A stretch of 64,000 nucleotides of DNA from Octopus sinensis (Eukaryota): the NCBI RefSeq assembly GCF_006345805.1, contig NC_042998.1, forward strand, positions 170,872,001 through 170,936,000, read 5' to 3'. Positions 46,001 through 59,145 of this stretch are shown here, in pieces (position 1 is the first letter of the stretch; the number at the start of each line of letters is the position of its first letter). The notes under the pieces are model-generated. The model saw only the letters and a program-made list of their open reading frames with translations. It was not told where the DNA came from and made no database searches. The position numbers were made by a program, and so were the translations under genes.

Positions 46001-48411
46001 AGATTTAAATGCTTGTAACATTAAAAAAAAATATAAAATCTATTTATATATAAGAAAGAAATTGCTCATACTTCCAACCTATATGAGGGGAGTGAATTTA
46101 TCTATGGGAAAAAAACTTTTTTAAAATTCTGCTGCCGTATCAAGATGTTAAAAAATTTTTTAGAGCTTGTGTGTCTCATCACCATTATCACAGTATGGAT
46201 ATTATAACCTGTTTAATTTCACTTCCAGTCAGGTCACAACCTGCAACTAGAATGTGAAGCATAAATATACAAATGAAAGTTGAACACACACACACACACA
46301 CACACAGTGTATATTTGGAAAATTGTATAAATATTTTAAGCCAAAGGCAATATTTTTTGACATGTGTTTTATGCTAATTCAGCTAATTATTGTTTACTTT
46401 TAATTAGCACTTTAACTTTTTTTTGCCACATTTTAACTTTTTCTTTCATATATTATAGGATTAAGTTTGAACAAATATTATAAAAATGTTATTTTTGGCT
46501 ATTTATATATTTAACAAGTATTTTTATTGCGCACTTTCATATTACACAATAACTGTTTGCATTCTCAACAGTATCTAGTGACCACAATATCATAAGTTCA
46601 AACCTAACCTTGTTTTGGAAAGCTTTACTCAATCCTTTGGACAAGATTGTGTTAATTTTTATCAATAGTTAGCATTTGGGAGAGTTTTTTAGTATTAGTT
46701 GCAATAAACTTTACATACCTGAATCAGAGTAGACAAAATTCCCCTTAACATGGAGATAAAGAAATAGTAAAGTAAAATTGTATCTTGTAAAAACAATTTC
46801 TGATTTTGTTGGGCTGCCTACCTTCTAATTTGCTCCTATTATTTTGGCCATATTTGGTTCATTGTAATTAGTTTTGCCTCAGTATATATGTGTGGATGTG
46901 AAGGTGTAGGTGTTAAATGAACACAAGAAACAAATTAATGATATTTAAAAAATTTCATATAATTGTGTGTGTTTAGTCATGTAGATAAACTAAAATGTTT
47001 GTACTGAGTTGTTGCATTAAAAAAAAAGATAAATATAATAATTATTTTTTTATTTTGCAATGTTTTTTCTATAAAAGATTTGGTATTTTTATGATTAAGC
47101 CCTATTTTATTCACAATGTGTTTATATATCATTTTAACCTGTTAACATTCAAATTTCTGTCAAATGTAGTGCTTATTTGTTCACCTTGTTTTGAATTATT
47201 TATGCATTATCTCATAGCTTTGAGGTTTTAATGGTATGATTACTTATTTTTAAAATAACATTCTTGGGTAGGTGTGAGAAGTCAAATGTGACCAGTTTGA
47301 ACATAAAACAAATAGAATATTTTGACCGGATATGGCAAGTTTAAATGCTAAAGGGTTAACATTCTGAAATGTAAATGAAGAAACAATGGCATTTTAAGAT
47401 TTAATTGTATTTGACTAATATAAGTAGAATGACATTTTTAAAGTTAAAATTATATATTGCTTGGAGAAGGAAAAATGTCTCATTGAGAAGCAGAGCATTG
47501 GGGAACAAAATTCAATCTTTTAAATGAGTGATAAACTTCAGAAATCGGGAACATTTTAGGGGTCTTTGTTACAGTTTTAAGTTTATTATTAGAAATTTTT
47601 ATCCTTTTCTTGTTGACGGCAGTGTTTCTTCATTGCCAAGGATATTTCCAGGGTTTCTGAAACCTTGGGACCGTTCACTAGAGAGTTGGATTAGTTTGGA
47701 GAAAATGTTGCGCACTCAATTCCTTACAGTGCTTGGTTTTAAAGTTTCTGCATCTATGGCAGTGGGAGGTATGTCTGACTTCAAAGAGAAGCTGGTGTTG
47801 CAGTCAGTCATAGTCTATCGTGAAGCGTTTTCTCAGTGAATTAGTGACATGGTCATTGGTGAGATTTCAATTTAGAATGTAAAGAGCTAGAACAAATTAC
47901 AAGGAATCTGGTTCAACGCTCTAATAATTCTGCTAGTCCATTGCACTAGATTGTTACTTTATCAACCCTGAAAGGATGGAAAGTAAATTTGACTATGGTG
48001 CGAAAAACTAGTGTCAGGCATTCTATCCAATACTTTGACTGAAAATTTGGCACCTGATAATTATATTTGTATCAGAGGAAATGTTTTTTTTTTAGATGGT
48101 TCAAATTGTAGGAGTATATTTGATCATAGGCTATATGTGTGTGTGTAAAGAATGGGGTTATATACAAGTGAGAAGGGATCAGATAATCTAGGCATTTACC
48201 TCAGGCAGTACTAACTATTGTGTGAAATACATTACATATTGGTCATGACTATATTGTTGTTCTCATTCATGTTTATATAGATGATGTTTGATTTGTCACT
48301 CACACGTTGTTGTAACAATTGTGAACAAATGGAATGCCAACTATTTTATTCTTCACTTATATAGATTTATAGTAGTTATATTTTATAAATATCTTGTGTT
48401 TTCTTATCTAG

Positions 48412-48464
48412 GAATACACCAAGGCCTTCTGGATACTGTGCTAATGCCAACAGAACGATGTGAG
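48412..48464 (+). CDS. CLEC16A: CLEC16A exon (GIHQGLLDTVLMPTERCE)
   Basis: ttatctag| and GAG|gtaata; phase 1 to 0 bridges the flanking exons. Confidence 0.85.
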
Positions 48465-48580
48465 GTAATATAAGCAATATAATTAATATTCTGTTAATTA
48501 TTTGGTTAATTTGTGATCTGTTAATTTCAATAATTGAATTCTTGGTAAAATTTTACAAACCAATTTTCTTTTTCATTCAG

Positions 48581-48650
48581 ACTAAAGAATATTATAACAT
48601 AGCGTTAGTAGAAAAATTGATCAAGATCATCACTTTAGCCTGTCAGCCCT
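48581..48650 (+). CDS. CLEC16A: CLEC16A exon (TKEYYNIALVEKLIKIITLACQP)
   Basis: ttcattcag| and |gtaagt; aligns to human YNHPLAERLIRIMNNAAQP. Confidence 0.9.
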
Positions 48651-48689
48651 GTAAGTAATAACTTTAATTTTTATATCCTAGAAGTGTAT

Positions 48690-48733
<44 letters not shown>

Positions 48734-50242
48734 ATTCAACTTCTTTGTTTCTTTTCAAACAACCTACTGACTCCATTTAAAAAAAGAAAATGGTAGATAA
48801 TGTCATGGGAACTGAATGTTTGTAGAATTCTAAATATATTGAGAGAAGTGTCACCCTAACACCTCATCACCACTATTTTTATCACTTTCCAGTTCGACCG
48901 GATCACTCCTATCATCTCATTTAAAATATGAGTACTCACATAGCTCCTTTGCAAGAAGAAACCTGTTCTGCTGTGGCCCTTTTCTCTCATAGTTTACCCC
49001 CTCTCTACCTTTCAAATCATAACATGAAGTTATCCCCATGTGGGTTGCAAGCTTCATGACAACCTTACTAGTGCTAGTAGCACAAAAAAAAAAAGCACCC
49101 AGAACATGTTGTAAAATGGTTGGCATTAGAGAGGCATTCAGCCATAGAAACCATGCCAAAATAGACACTTGGACATGATGCAGTTCTTGAAGCCATTGGA
49201 TCTTGTCCAACACATACCAACATAGAACATGGATGTTAAATGAAGATGATGAAAGTATTAGTAACTAGGTCATTGACATGGTACTGTAAAGCATAAATGT
49301 TTATTAAACGGCAAATATGACTCCCATAATATACAGTTCTTTCAACATAGTATAAACATCTGCTGTGAACAGTTAAGAAATTAGTCTTCACATTTTTTAC
49401 AAAAGCATCATCTTCATGGTTAGATAAGACTGATATAGCTGATGCTTATCCCAACCTGCAGGAAAAATGTGGTGCTAATGTTTGCAACAAGGTGAACTTT
49501 GCTTGCTGCCCATACATTGTAATCCCTAACATTCTCATGTGCTGTCATCTTCCTGCCTCTTTTACAATCATTATAATGATTTTTGCTCCTGGAAACAGTA
49601 TTCCACCTCTAAGCTCTCTTGATGCAACTGCCTCCCTTATCACCATTCCTTTTGCTTCACCCTCCAAATTGAACATTTTGCTGAATCTTTTCCTAATCAT
49701 TTTATTCTCGAAACATTTATGCGCATAATTTCAAACTGGAAATCAATTGCAACCTCACTAGTCTGATATGATCAGGATATTCATTGAATTTAACTTCAGC
49801 ATATGATCGCATATTTGTAGAAGGTGCAGTAGCATAGGTATAGTCAGTTGAATTAATCCCAGTGTACTATTAATTGTTGTTTCTTAACCCAAGTGAATGA
49901 CCAAGTCAATCCTGGTGAGATTTGAACTAGCAGCTTCAATGGATATAGTTAAATACTGCAACATGTTTAGTCTTCATTAGACATTAAAAAATGCTCATAT
50001 CAATATACAAGTTTCCAAGAGTATCAACCACATCATGGAAAGCCTACAATGATCATAGACATTTCCTCTTTTCATATGATTATCTTATTTTAAAAATAAA
50101 TGCCTAGTACGCAACCATTAAAGAATTAACATATTTTTGTCATGATTGTGTTTTAGAAAAGTGATTCTATAAAATACATAAAACTTCCTTTATTTCAGTG
50201 TTCAATGACTGATGGTATTTTTTTCTTTTGGGATATTTTCAG

Positions 50243-50397
50243 CTGCCAAATTACGATTAGCTACATTAGAATTAAGCATAAAATTATTAAAACAATTGGT
50301 ATACAGAAATGGGCGATCATTTTTGCAAGACAGACACCTGGCGTGTGTTGAAAATGCACGTGAATGCAGTAACCAATTGTTGCGTAACTTCTATAAG
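50243..50397 (+). CDS. CLEC16A: CLEC16A exon (AKLRLATLELSIKLLKQLV...HLACVENARECSNQLLRNFYK)
   Basis: ttttcag| and AAG|gtttgt; conserved RLATLELS. Confidence 0.95.
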
Positions 50398-51221
50398 GTT
50401 TGTAACTTATTCTTATACTTAGATTTTGTTTCAATGGCTTTGTCATAAATATTCTTTGTTATAATATGACATAGGCGAAATGCAATATAATTATGTTACT
50501 GATTATGATTTAAGTTTACTGCTGCTGTCATTGTGTGGTGAGCCTGCTTACTATAGTCTGATTGGAGATCTGTGTTGAAACTTAATGGTTAAATAGCTCT
50601 TCTGTGATATAACTGCATACAAACTATTATTTTCTCTATAACAGAATTAGATGAACTACAAATATTAATGTTTAAACTTTAGTAATCTTTTTTCTTGCCT
50701 GCTCTATTTGTTGAAAAATTTTGACAATTTTTAATAATAATATTTTCAATAACATTGCCAAAATTTTTAGCTTTGATATTTGTTAATATTCACAAAGATG
50801 CTTGTTATAATCTACCATGAATATCTTTTATACTAATGCTTTATAGAGCATACTAATGCTTTATAAATGTATATATTTTTTATAATAAATACTGTGCTAT
50901 GAGTTTAGTTTGATTTATGTTATGGAATCAAGTTTAGATTATTTATAATAATGATTTCTAATGTTGGTACAAAGACTTTTGTTTCCAAGGAAATATGTTG
51001 TTGATTGAATCAGCTTCAGTGCTTGACAGTTATATATTTTGTAGACCTCATGAAGATTTAGTTGGATTTTAACTCAGACATAACTAAATACTACAACTAT
51101 AATAATCCTCTGAGTTTAGTCCAATTACTTTTAATTATTCTGTGAGTTTAGCATGGCTAATATATATTTTCATAATTTGATATCAAATATCATAACTATG
51201 TTATTCTCTTTGTTTTCACAG

Positions 51222-51272
51222 AGTGAAGAGATATTTCTTGATATGTTTGAAGATGAATACAGAGAAATGATG
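51222..51272 (+). CDS. CLEC16A: CLEC16A exon (SEEIFLDMFEDEYREMM)
   Basis: ttcacag| and |gtattt; conserved IFLDMFEDEYR. Confidence 0.95.
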
Positions 51273-51574
51273 GTATTTTATAATTCCAATTTTTTTTATT
51301 GCTAATTTACTGTTTTTTTTATATGAAAATTTAAAAAATAATCAAATACTGAAAATACCTATTGATTATAAACTAAATTTCAATATTAAATTTAAATGAA
51401 ACTTAAATTTAACTAAATGGTTTTCTTTCTTTATTGAATCTTAGTTAATTACTATAGACAATTTATAATACTATTTTCTTTCGCTTGTTAATTTAGATTT
51501 ACAAATTGGAAATGTCTTTGTATTTGCTTTTTCTGTACGTTCCTTTATAACTGACTTGGAAAGTTTTGTTTCAG

Positions 51575-51703
51575 GAGCGGCCTTTGAATGTTGAGTACCT
51601 TACCATGGATGCTTCAATTTTACTACCTCCCACAGGCACCCCTCTTACTGGCATTGCCTTCAACAAAAGGCTTCCTTGTGGAGAGGTAGAGCGAGCTAGA
51701 CGG
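51575..51703 (+). CDS. CLEC16A: CLEC16A exon (ERPLNVEYLTMDASILLPPTGTPLTGIAFNKRLPCGEVERARR)
   Basis: tttcag| and |gtaaga; conserved DASILLPPTGTPLTGI and RLPCG. Confidence 0.95.
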
Positions 51704-52992
51704 GTAAGACTTGTTACTTTCTCTCTTAAAAAAACTTGAAACCACTCTCTCTTCTTTCACTCATGATCAATCCACACACACACACACAAACCCACTTGCA
51801 TGCACACCTGCACGCATTATTTTCAAAGTAGTGCAATAACTTGGTTTTCTGTTTGTGGGTATCTTATATGTTTTTGGCTATATGTAAAAAAAGTCACCTG
51901 TGGATTCAGTTACATCTTTGGATTAGAGTAGAAATTACATAATGAAGTGAATAGCAGTGCTATTTTATGACAGTAAGTTTTCATTTCCTAGTTTGTGTTA
52001 GAACAACAGTAATTGGGGAACCAATTCATTTATAAAATATTCAACTAATTAGCAGCAAAGCTAATGAGAAAGCTTGCAAACTGAATTCAAGACAGGTCCT
52101 GTTCCCATTTGAACCATTTTCATTTACATCACTAATATTGAACATCAGTTTTTATAATTTTACCTCCCCAAAGAAACTTTTATTATTGACATATTCTGCG
52201 ATTTATTCTCTAGAACAAACTGTCTCCACTAACTTGTTAGACTGAAGAAAGAGGCAGAGCAATACTTTCTGCTTTCAACTCCCTAGACAGAGTAATCAAG
52301 GGCTAGTAACTGACGATACAATAAGTTTCAGACTAAACTTACCATATTAGAATTGTTTTTCTGAGGAGTGTACTACTTAAACCTCATTGTTTTTATTTAT
52401 TATTATTGACAAAATCTATTTTGTAGTTTGTACTTTAAGTGTAAATCATCTTAGAACTAATTTAAAGTTTTTACTCCCACCAGTTAATGAATTAATATGA
52501 TAGAACAAGTGTAAACAGGGAAATATATATCATCATCCCTTGTCCATGCTGACATGGGTTGGGTAGTTTGACCAGAGCTGGTAAGCTGAGGGGCTACATC
52601 AGACTCTTGTCTGATTTGGCATAGTTTCTATGCCTCAATGCCCTTCCTAATGCCATATCATCGTCATTATCATCACTTAACATCTGCCTTCCATGCTGGG
52701 ATGTGTGGGATAGTTTGACAGGAGCTGGCCAAGCAGAAGCCTGCACCAGACTTCTGTGACTGTTTTGGTAGGATTTTTCCAGCTGGATGCCCTTTATAAC
52801 ACCAACCAATCAGCAGAGTGTACTTAGTGCTTTTTATGTGGTACAAGCACAGGCAAAGTAAGTTTTGGCAAAGTTTTTACAACTGGATGCCCTTCCAAAT
52901 GCCAACTACTTTACCATGTCGACTGGATGCTTTTTAAGTGACACCTGCACTGACAATGTCACCAAGTACCCTGTAAGACATATATATATATA

Positions 52993-54382
52993 CAGGGGTT
53001 GGACAAAATAATGGAAATACCTTAAAATTTCAAACAAATTTATTTTGGGCATCCTTGGCGCTAAGAAGGGCATCAAGCCGTAGAAACACTTCCAGATCAG
53101 ACTGGGCCTGGCGCAGCCTTCTGGCTTCCCAGACCCCAGGTGAACCGTCCAACCCATGCTAGCATGGAAAACGGATGATGATGATGGGGTGGGACCACCT
53201 TTGGCAGTAATTACAGCTTGAATTCCACAAGGTATGGACTTGTACAAAGTTCAAATTGTTTCCAAAGGAATTTTTGCCCATTCTTCAGCTAAAACACTCT
53301 CCAGTTCTTGTAGCGATGATGGTGTAGGATATTGACTCATTACTTGTTTTTCTAAAATGCACTATAAATGTTCAATAATATCGAGATCTGGGGACTGTGG
53401 TGGCCAGATAAGATGTTCAACTTCACTAGAATTTTCCTCGTGCCATTCAGTAACAACTTTAGCTGTGGGAATTGGTGCATTATCATCCTGAAAGATTGCA
53501 TTTCCCTCTAGAAACAGTTCCGCAACCATAAGATGAATTTGATCAGATAAAATGCTTAAACAGCCTTGACTATTAATTCTGCCATGAAGGGGAACCATTG
53601 GGCCGGCAGATTTTGAAGATATAGCCCTCCACATCATCACAGATCTTCCTCCATTTTTATCAGTTGGAAGAAGGCAGTCTGGGTCAAATGCTTCTTTTGG
53701 CTGTCTCTACACATATACTTGGTTGGTGGTTGGAAATAAGATAAAGAATGACTTGTCTGAGAAAATAACATTCTTTTACTGCCCTAGGGATCATATTCTT
53801 TGCAACGTTTGTTTTTGAAAGTAGTGGCTTTTCTGTTTGCAGCCATCCTGCGAAATCCAGCTTTGTGCAGCTCTCGGCAAACAATTTTTGTGGAAACTGG
53901 GTTCTTGAGGTGGTCATTAAGCTCTGCAGTAATTTTGGTAGCTGTACTTTTGTGATCCTTTCTAACAATTCGCGTAAGAGTCCAACAGTCCCTATATGAA
54001 AGTTTTGGTTTTCTTCCATAGTTTTGTTTCAACGAAGAGGTTTTTTTCCCCTCTTTCTCAAAGGCTGTCATTATTTTCGAGACCATACTTCTTGATACAC
54101 CAAACATTTTGGCTGTTTTCGTTACACTAATGCTCGCCGTACAAACACTAACAATTTGACCTCTTTGAAAGTCCGATAGATTTGTCATTTTAATGAATTT
54201 TAATTACCTATTTATGATGATATCTGAAAAGAAACAGCAATTTTAGCAAAACATATTAAGCAACACTAATAATAAACAAAAAAAAACCCCACAAAAATAA
54301 ACAAGCTTTTGACGGTTTTATAGATATTTCAAAATTATGATGCTATGATGTTAGGTGTTTCCATTATTTTGTCCAACCCCTG
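52993..54382 (-). mobile_element. Tc1-family transposon with both TIRs, frameshifted, DD36E spacing
   Basis: TIRs TA-caggggttggacaaaataatggaaa / tttccattattttgtccaacccctg-TA; MTNLSDFQRGQIV N-terminus; FQDDNAP...WPPQSPDLDIIE; GAT-tailed fragment inserted at about 53047-53186. Confidence 0.9.
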
Positions 54383-55309
54383 TATGTAATGAAATAAATA
54401 CTAACACACTTTATGTGGCAAGCATAACTTTAAATAATCGAGACTGAAATCCCTATAAAGAGGTAAATGTTTACATCAATCAGATGTAAGGTAACAATTT
54501 AAAAAATGAAATCTCAATTAATTAAAAGTGGAAATAGATGATGGAGTGAGGGAAGAAGTTGTAATAGCTTATAGTAGCTTAGTGAATAAATTCAATATAT
54601 GTAAACCTAATCTTGGATTTTAACCTAAAATTTCTAACTACCAGTATTAAATGTGTTCATATGTGAAAATAATTCACTTCATTGCTGTAAGATCATCATC
54701 ATCATCATTTAACGTCCGCTTTCCATGCTAGCATGGGTTGGCTTTTGTTTGAAGTTAATGTGTATCATATAAAATTTATTTCTCACATCTTTGGTGAGTG
54801 GATATTCCAGCATGAAACATGGATGTTAAATGATGATAATGGTGATAATATAAAAATTAATGAGATATTAAAAAGCAAAAAATTATTAAAATAGCCATAA
54901 TTTTGTTCTGGGATAATTTTTTTAGAAAATTGGAGTAATTTGATATACTTGTGGATTACCAATGGGTCATCTCATTAATTGTCTACTGATGTTTAGTAAC
55001 ATTATGCCAGCTCTTCCTGTCATGTCTTTAACACTTTCAACATTAGTTTCTATTTATTAAAGTATTCATATCAGCCAGTTTTGTTTTTATATGAAGAAAA
55101 AGTGTGATATTGTAATTCATAAATGTTTTTTTTGCTAAAATGTGTTCTTGATACCAACTTATTGATTGGTATACCACTGAAAAAATCACAGTAATTTTAT
55201 TTAAAAAAAACCCATCCAATGCTTTGATTAGTTTTAAAATGCCTTGAAACACATAGGCTGAGTATTCTTATTTAAAAAAATGTGGCTAACTTTCGCTTGT
55301 TTCCCTCAG

Positions 55310-55430
55310 GCTATTCGAGTTTTCTTTTTGATACGTGATTTATCACTGACTTTACTGAAAGAGGAGGAAATTCATTTACCTTTGACCAAAGAGCATGAAT
55401 GCATCAAGACTAATGAAATACGTGATCTTA
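55310..55430 (+). CDS. CLEC16A: CLEC16A exon (AIRVFFLIRDLSLTLLKEEEIHLPLTKEHECIKTNEIRDL)
   Basis: ctaac branch point, ccctcag| and |gtaagt; conserved AIRVFF and LPLT. Confidence 0.95.
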
Positions 55431-56599
55431 GTAAGTTACTTTTCTACCTGTCATTTCAACCCCCCTCCCCTTACCATTCTCTGATTTCTTCATTTCCATT
55501 TTTTTAATATCTGTTTGCTATATCTTTACCTTTGTAAGTTTTAATACCCTGTCCCCATGACTGTAACTTACAGATAAATATAGTTTGGTGGCATGTGTCA
55601 TGATTTTGCTTATTGATTTAGGTTCCTCTGTAGTTGTGAGCAAGCATAGACATTGTTTCAGTTCCCACCCCCTCATCTTTGGCTTAGAAGATCATTGAGG
55701 ATGTGATAGTTAGTGGGAGAGAGGGGTACACCAGTACTTGACTGGTTCTCGTTTTCAGCTGAGTAGGCTGGAGCAATGGGAAATGAAATGCCCAGTTCTG
55801 TAATTTCCTTATGATCATGAACCCAACACCCTAATTATTAGGCTATGTACATTCACAAACCTGGATAATGGCATCACAACATACCATCTTAAAAGCATAG
55901 CTTTAAACAGTTTATCTCGTATTGCTTAGACAATGTAATTCTAAATACATTTTGTCTGAACTAAAGATGGTATGGTCACAGTTGAAATCCCTCTTTATTA
56001 GGCCTGACCTGGGGTTAAACAATATCAACTATATTATCTTTTTTGCAATAAAATTGAATCAGTAAAGTGAGTGGATTAACATTTATAACTGGTTGATTTA
56101 TTGGGTTGTTGGCCTACCTGTTTACTTGTTCATTCTCATCACTTGATTTAGTGAAGATACTTGAATTAAATTTCAAGTCTAACTGTAAATAGGTATGGTG
56201 TCAGTCTAGTTCACTGCTGAAAACTTTAAAATGGAGATTGTTTTTAAACTGTGTTCACCACAATAAAAACAAAATAGTTACTGATAGAAATGTTAATGAA
56301 ATGCCTTGTAAACCACTCACCTACCTCAACAAGGGAGCCTTTTCTTGAAATAATGCAGTAACCATCAAAATTACACCCTACCCTTTTATAGACACATTGG
56401 ATAACTCCATACTAGGCATACTACATCTGGTAATAAAAAATGGAATGGTCATATTGAGATTGTTTTCTTTTTCACTGTCCTGCAGCATCAGAGGTGACCT
56501 GAGGCTAAACAATATCCTCTTTATATGATGTTATTATTTAGAAAAATATTTTTTTTAATGGATTTTTACTTGCATCTTAAAATGTTTTATTCTTTTCAG

Positions 56600-56642
56600 A
56601 TAACAGTGATCTCATTGCCTGTACTGTTGTTACAAAAGAAAG
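56600..56642 (+). CDS. CLEC16A: CLEC16A exon (NNSDLIACTVVTKE)
   Basis: ttttcag| and AG|gtaaga; conserved NSDLIACTV. Confidence 0.95.
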
Positions 56643-57858
56643 GTAAGACTGGAGAATAAATTTCATACACTTCTTAATCCATTTATTCTGCTTTTTAACC
56701 ATTTTGTTAGCATATTTCTGTTGAGATGTTCTGTGTTTCTTGTATTAATCACCTCAAATTGATGCTGTTCATATATATTTTTAGCATAAACAATAGCTTG
56801 ACTGATTAAGTCTTGTTATCCTAAGGCTCCCTTTCAATTATGGATTTCCATTTTGTAGGCAGTTGTAAATTCCCTACAACATAAATTACATTGAAGTAGA
56901 TTTTCATCGTCTGATTCCATATCCAAATCATTAATATTTTGATGCTACAGCAAGTCCAGTACGGTGCTTCTCTGGGATACTCCCCTCAACACCATAAACA
57001 ATACATTTTGTTAAGCTGCCTCTACCTTTCTCTACAACACCAATATCTTCAACAGTGTTATTTGATATGAAATAAATTGTCTTGCTGTGTGTTTCTACTA
57101 TATTAAGTTTTCATGAAGTAAATTTTATTTTTCATATAACCCATGGCTAGCTCTATGACAGCAAACAATGTGGGGTCGCACACATAATATTTCGCTAACT
57201 TGCTTTAAGAAAAAAAAGGATCTGGAAGGGTTTTGCTTTTATATTCTTTATTAGTTAGAGGAAGACAGCAAATTGGCAGAATCACTAGTGCTTTGGACAA
57301 AATGCTTAAGTGGCATTTCTTCTGGCTCTTTATGTTCTGAGCTCAAATCTGCTGAGGTCAATTTTGCATTTTATCCTTTCGGGGTTGATAAATAGATACC
57401 AGTCAAGTACTGGTGTCAGTGTAACTAACTTGTCCCTTCTCAAAATTGCTAGCCTTGTGCCAAGATTAGGAAGAATCATTTAGTCAGAGGTAATGGGACC
57501 ATTGCATGCTAACTGGTAAGATTGATGCAGTCATTGATAAAATAAAATTTAGACTTCATATCTTTAATAGTTTCAAAGAAACCAAAACAGACATTTAAAC
57601 ATTCAGCTAGGTAGAATAATATGATAAAATTTAAGTCACAGTTTTTGGTGGCTGGATGTGCTGGAATGAGTGAACATTTAAATGACAGGTTTTGAATTAG
57701 CAGAGAACTTACATTATCTCTTATCCCTCAATACTTCTCTCTAGCCCCTAGATCTGTTTCTCTGAAAACATTTGGAATGAAATAAGTCATTTACAGTTAA
57801 GCATGATGGAGTTACTTTGATTCTGTTTTTTATATATATATACCATTTTACTTTTTAG

Positions 57859-57967
57859 GAAACAAGAACGACGCTTTCTTGTTATTGACAGCAAGCAGTT
57901 GATTCTTGTAGAACCTGATGCCAAACGATTAGGTTGGGGTGTGGTTCGATTTGTAGGTTTTCTCCAG
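57859..57967 (+). CDS. CLEC16A: CLEC16A exon (KQERRFLVIDSKQLILVEPDAKRLGWGVVRFVGFLQ)
   Basis: tttttag| and CAG|gtttgt; conserved LVEPD..RLGWGVV. Confidence 0.95.
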
Positions 57968-58254
57968 GTTTGTATATTTAGCTTCAATTTTGTTTGTATG
58001 TATGTATGTATGTGTGTGTGTGTGCATGTGCACATGTAGTTATATGTAAAAGGAACTTCATCTAATTCTACATCTGCCAATCACTATGGACATCTAACTC
58101 ACCTACATTTAACAATAAGTCATAATTGAACCAACAACGAAGACTCTCTGTGTCACTTGGTGTATTAGAAATAGCAGCTACATCACTTTAATCATGGGTA
58201 GGTTTTTTAGATGAAGGTGATCTGTAATTAAACAATAACTTATAAAAGTAACTC

Positions 58255-58393
58255 TATTGTTTACATTTGACGGATATTTGTCCTCCTCTTGTTTGTTGTT
58301 AATATAACATTTTGGCTGATATACCCTCCAGCCTTCATTAGGTGTCTTGGGGAAATTTTGAACCTGGGTTCTCATTCCTAAGGTATTTTTCGA

Positions 58394-58443
<50 letters not shown>

Positions 58444-58880
58444 GATGTTATTATTCTGGTCGCTGCCTGGAATCAAACTCAGAATCTTGGGATTAGTGGC
58501 CCATGCTCTTATATCAGCCGAAACGTTGTGTTATATTAATAATAATAATAATGAAATTATTGTATACAATGCTCAGGTGCACCACAATTTGTCAAAAGTG
58601 CATATAAAGCATATGCAGTAATGTACAAATGTCTAGAAAGTGAACAGTGTATGAGTCAGATACATGTGCTTGCATGTGTATGGAGGGGAGAAAATCAGGT
58701 GTAGTGTTGGCGAATCTCAGGAAGCACCAAAGGTATTGAAGGATGCAGTGCTCCGACAACTAACAACTGATGCCGGCAGTTTGTTCCATACTTCAGCAAC
58801 TCTTAACAAACAAGATGAGGGCAAATATCTGTCAAATGTAAATAATGTACATAATTCTTCATCTCTTAAATATAGAACTG
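58255..58880. mobile_element. Composite tRNA-headed, hammerhead-bearing repeat (- strand 58255-58510) joined to an inverted partial copy (+ strand 58511-58880)
   Basis: Minus: taagagc...gagtttgattcc (B-box-like), (AAT)n, gacac ctaatga a ggctg...cagcc aaaa. Plus: atatcagcc GAAA cgtt gtgtt, resuming at 58806 after an insertion. Confidence 0.7.
58538..58805 (-). mobile_element. CR1-group LINE 3' tip related to 33765-36018
   Basis: Minus frame RVAEVWNKLPASVVSCRSTASF; terminal gtgcacctgagcattgtataca plus (TTA)n like 35969-36018, but a longer 3' UTR. Confidence 0.85.
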
Positions 58881-58927
58881 GAAAGTAACTCTGTTTCAGA
58901 TATAGAGAGTGTTAGAATTTATAGAAT

Positions 58928-59145
58928 GTAAGGTGGCAAGCTGGCAAAAACGCTAGCATGCTGGGCGATATGCTTATTGGTATTTTGTCTGTCTTTACAT
59001 TCTGAGTTCAATTTCCGCCTAAGTTGACTTTGCCTTTCATCCTTTCGGGGTCAATAAATTAAGTACCAGTTGCGTACTGGGGTTGAGCTAATCAACTGGC
59101 TCCCTCCCCCAAAATTTCGGGCTTTGTGCCTAGAGTAGAAAAGAA
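58928..59145 (+). mobile_element. tRNA-derived SINE family A, full length
   Basis: taaggtggcaagctggc...ttctgagttcaatttccgcc...gactttgcctttcatcctttcggggtc...gtgcctagagtagaaaagaat. Confidence 0.85.

Noticed and set aside
13712-59145. tRNA-like A/B boxes in several places
   Set aside because: All are SINE heads with no complete cloverleaf; no true tRNA gene called
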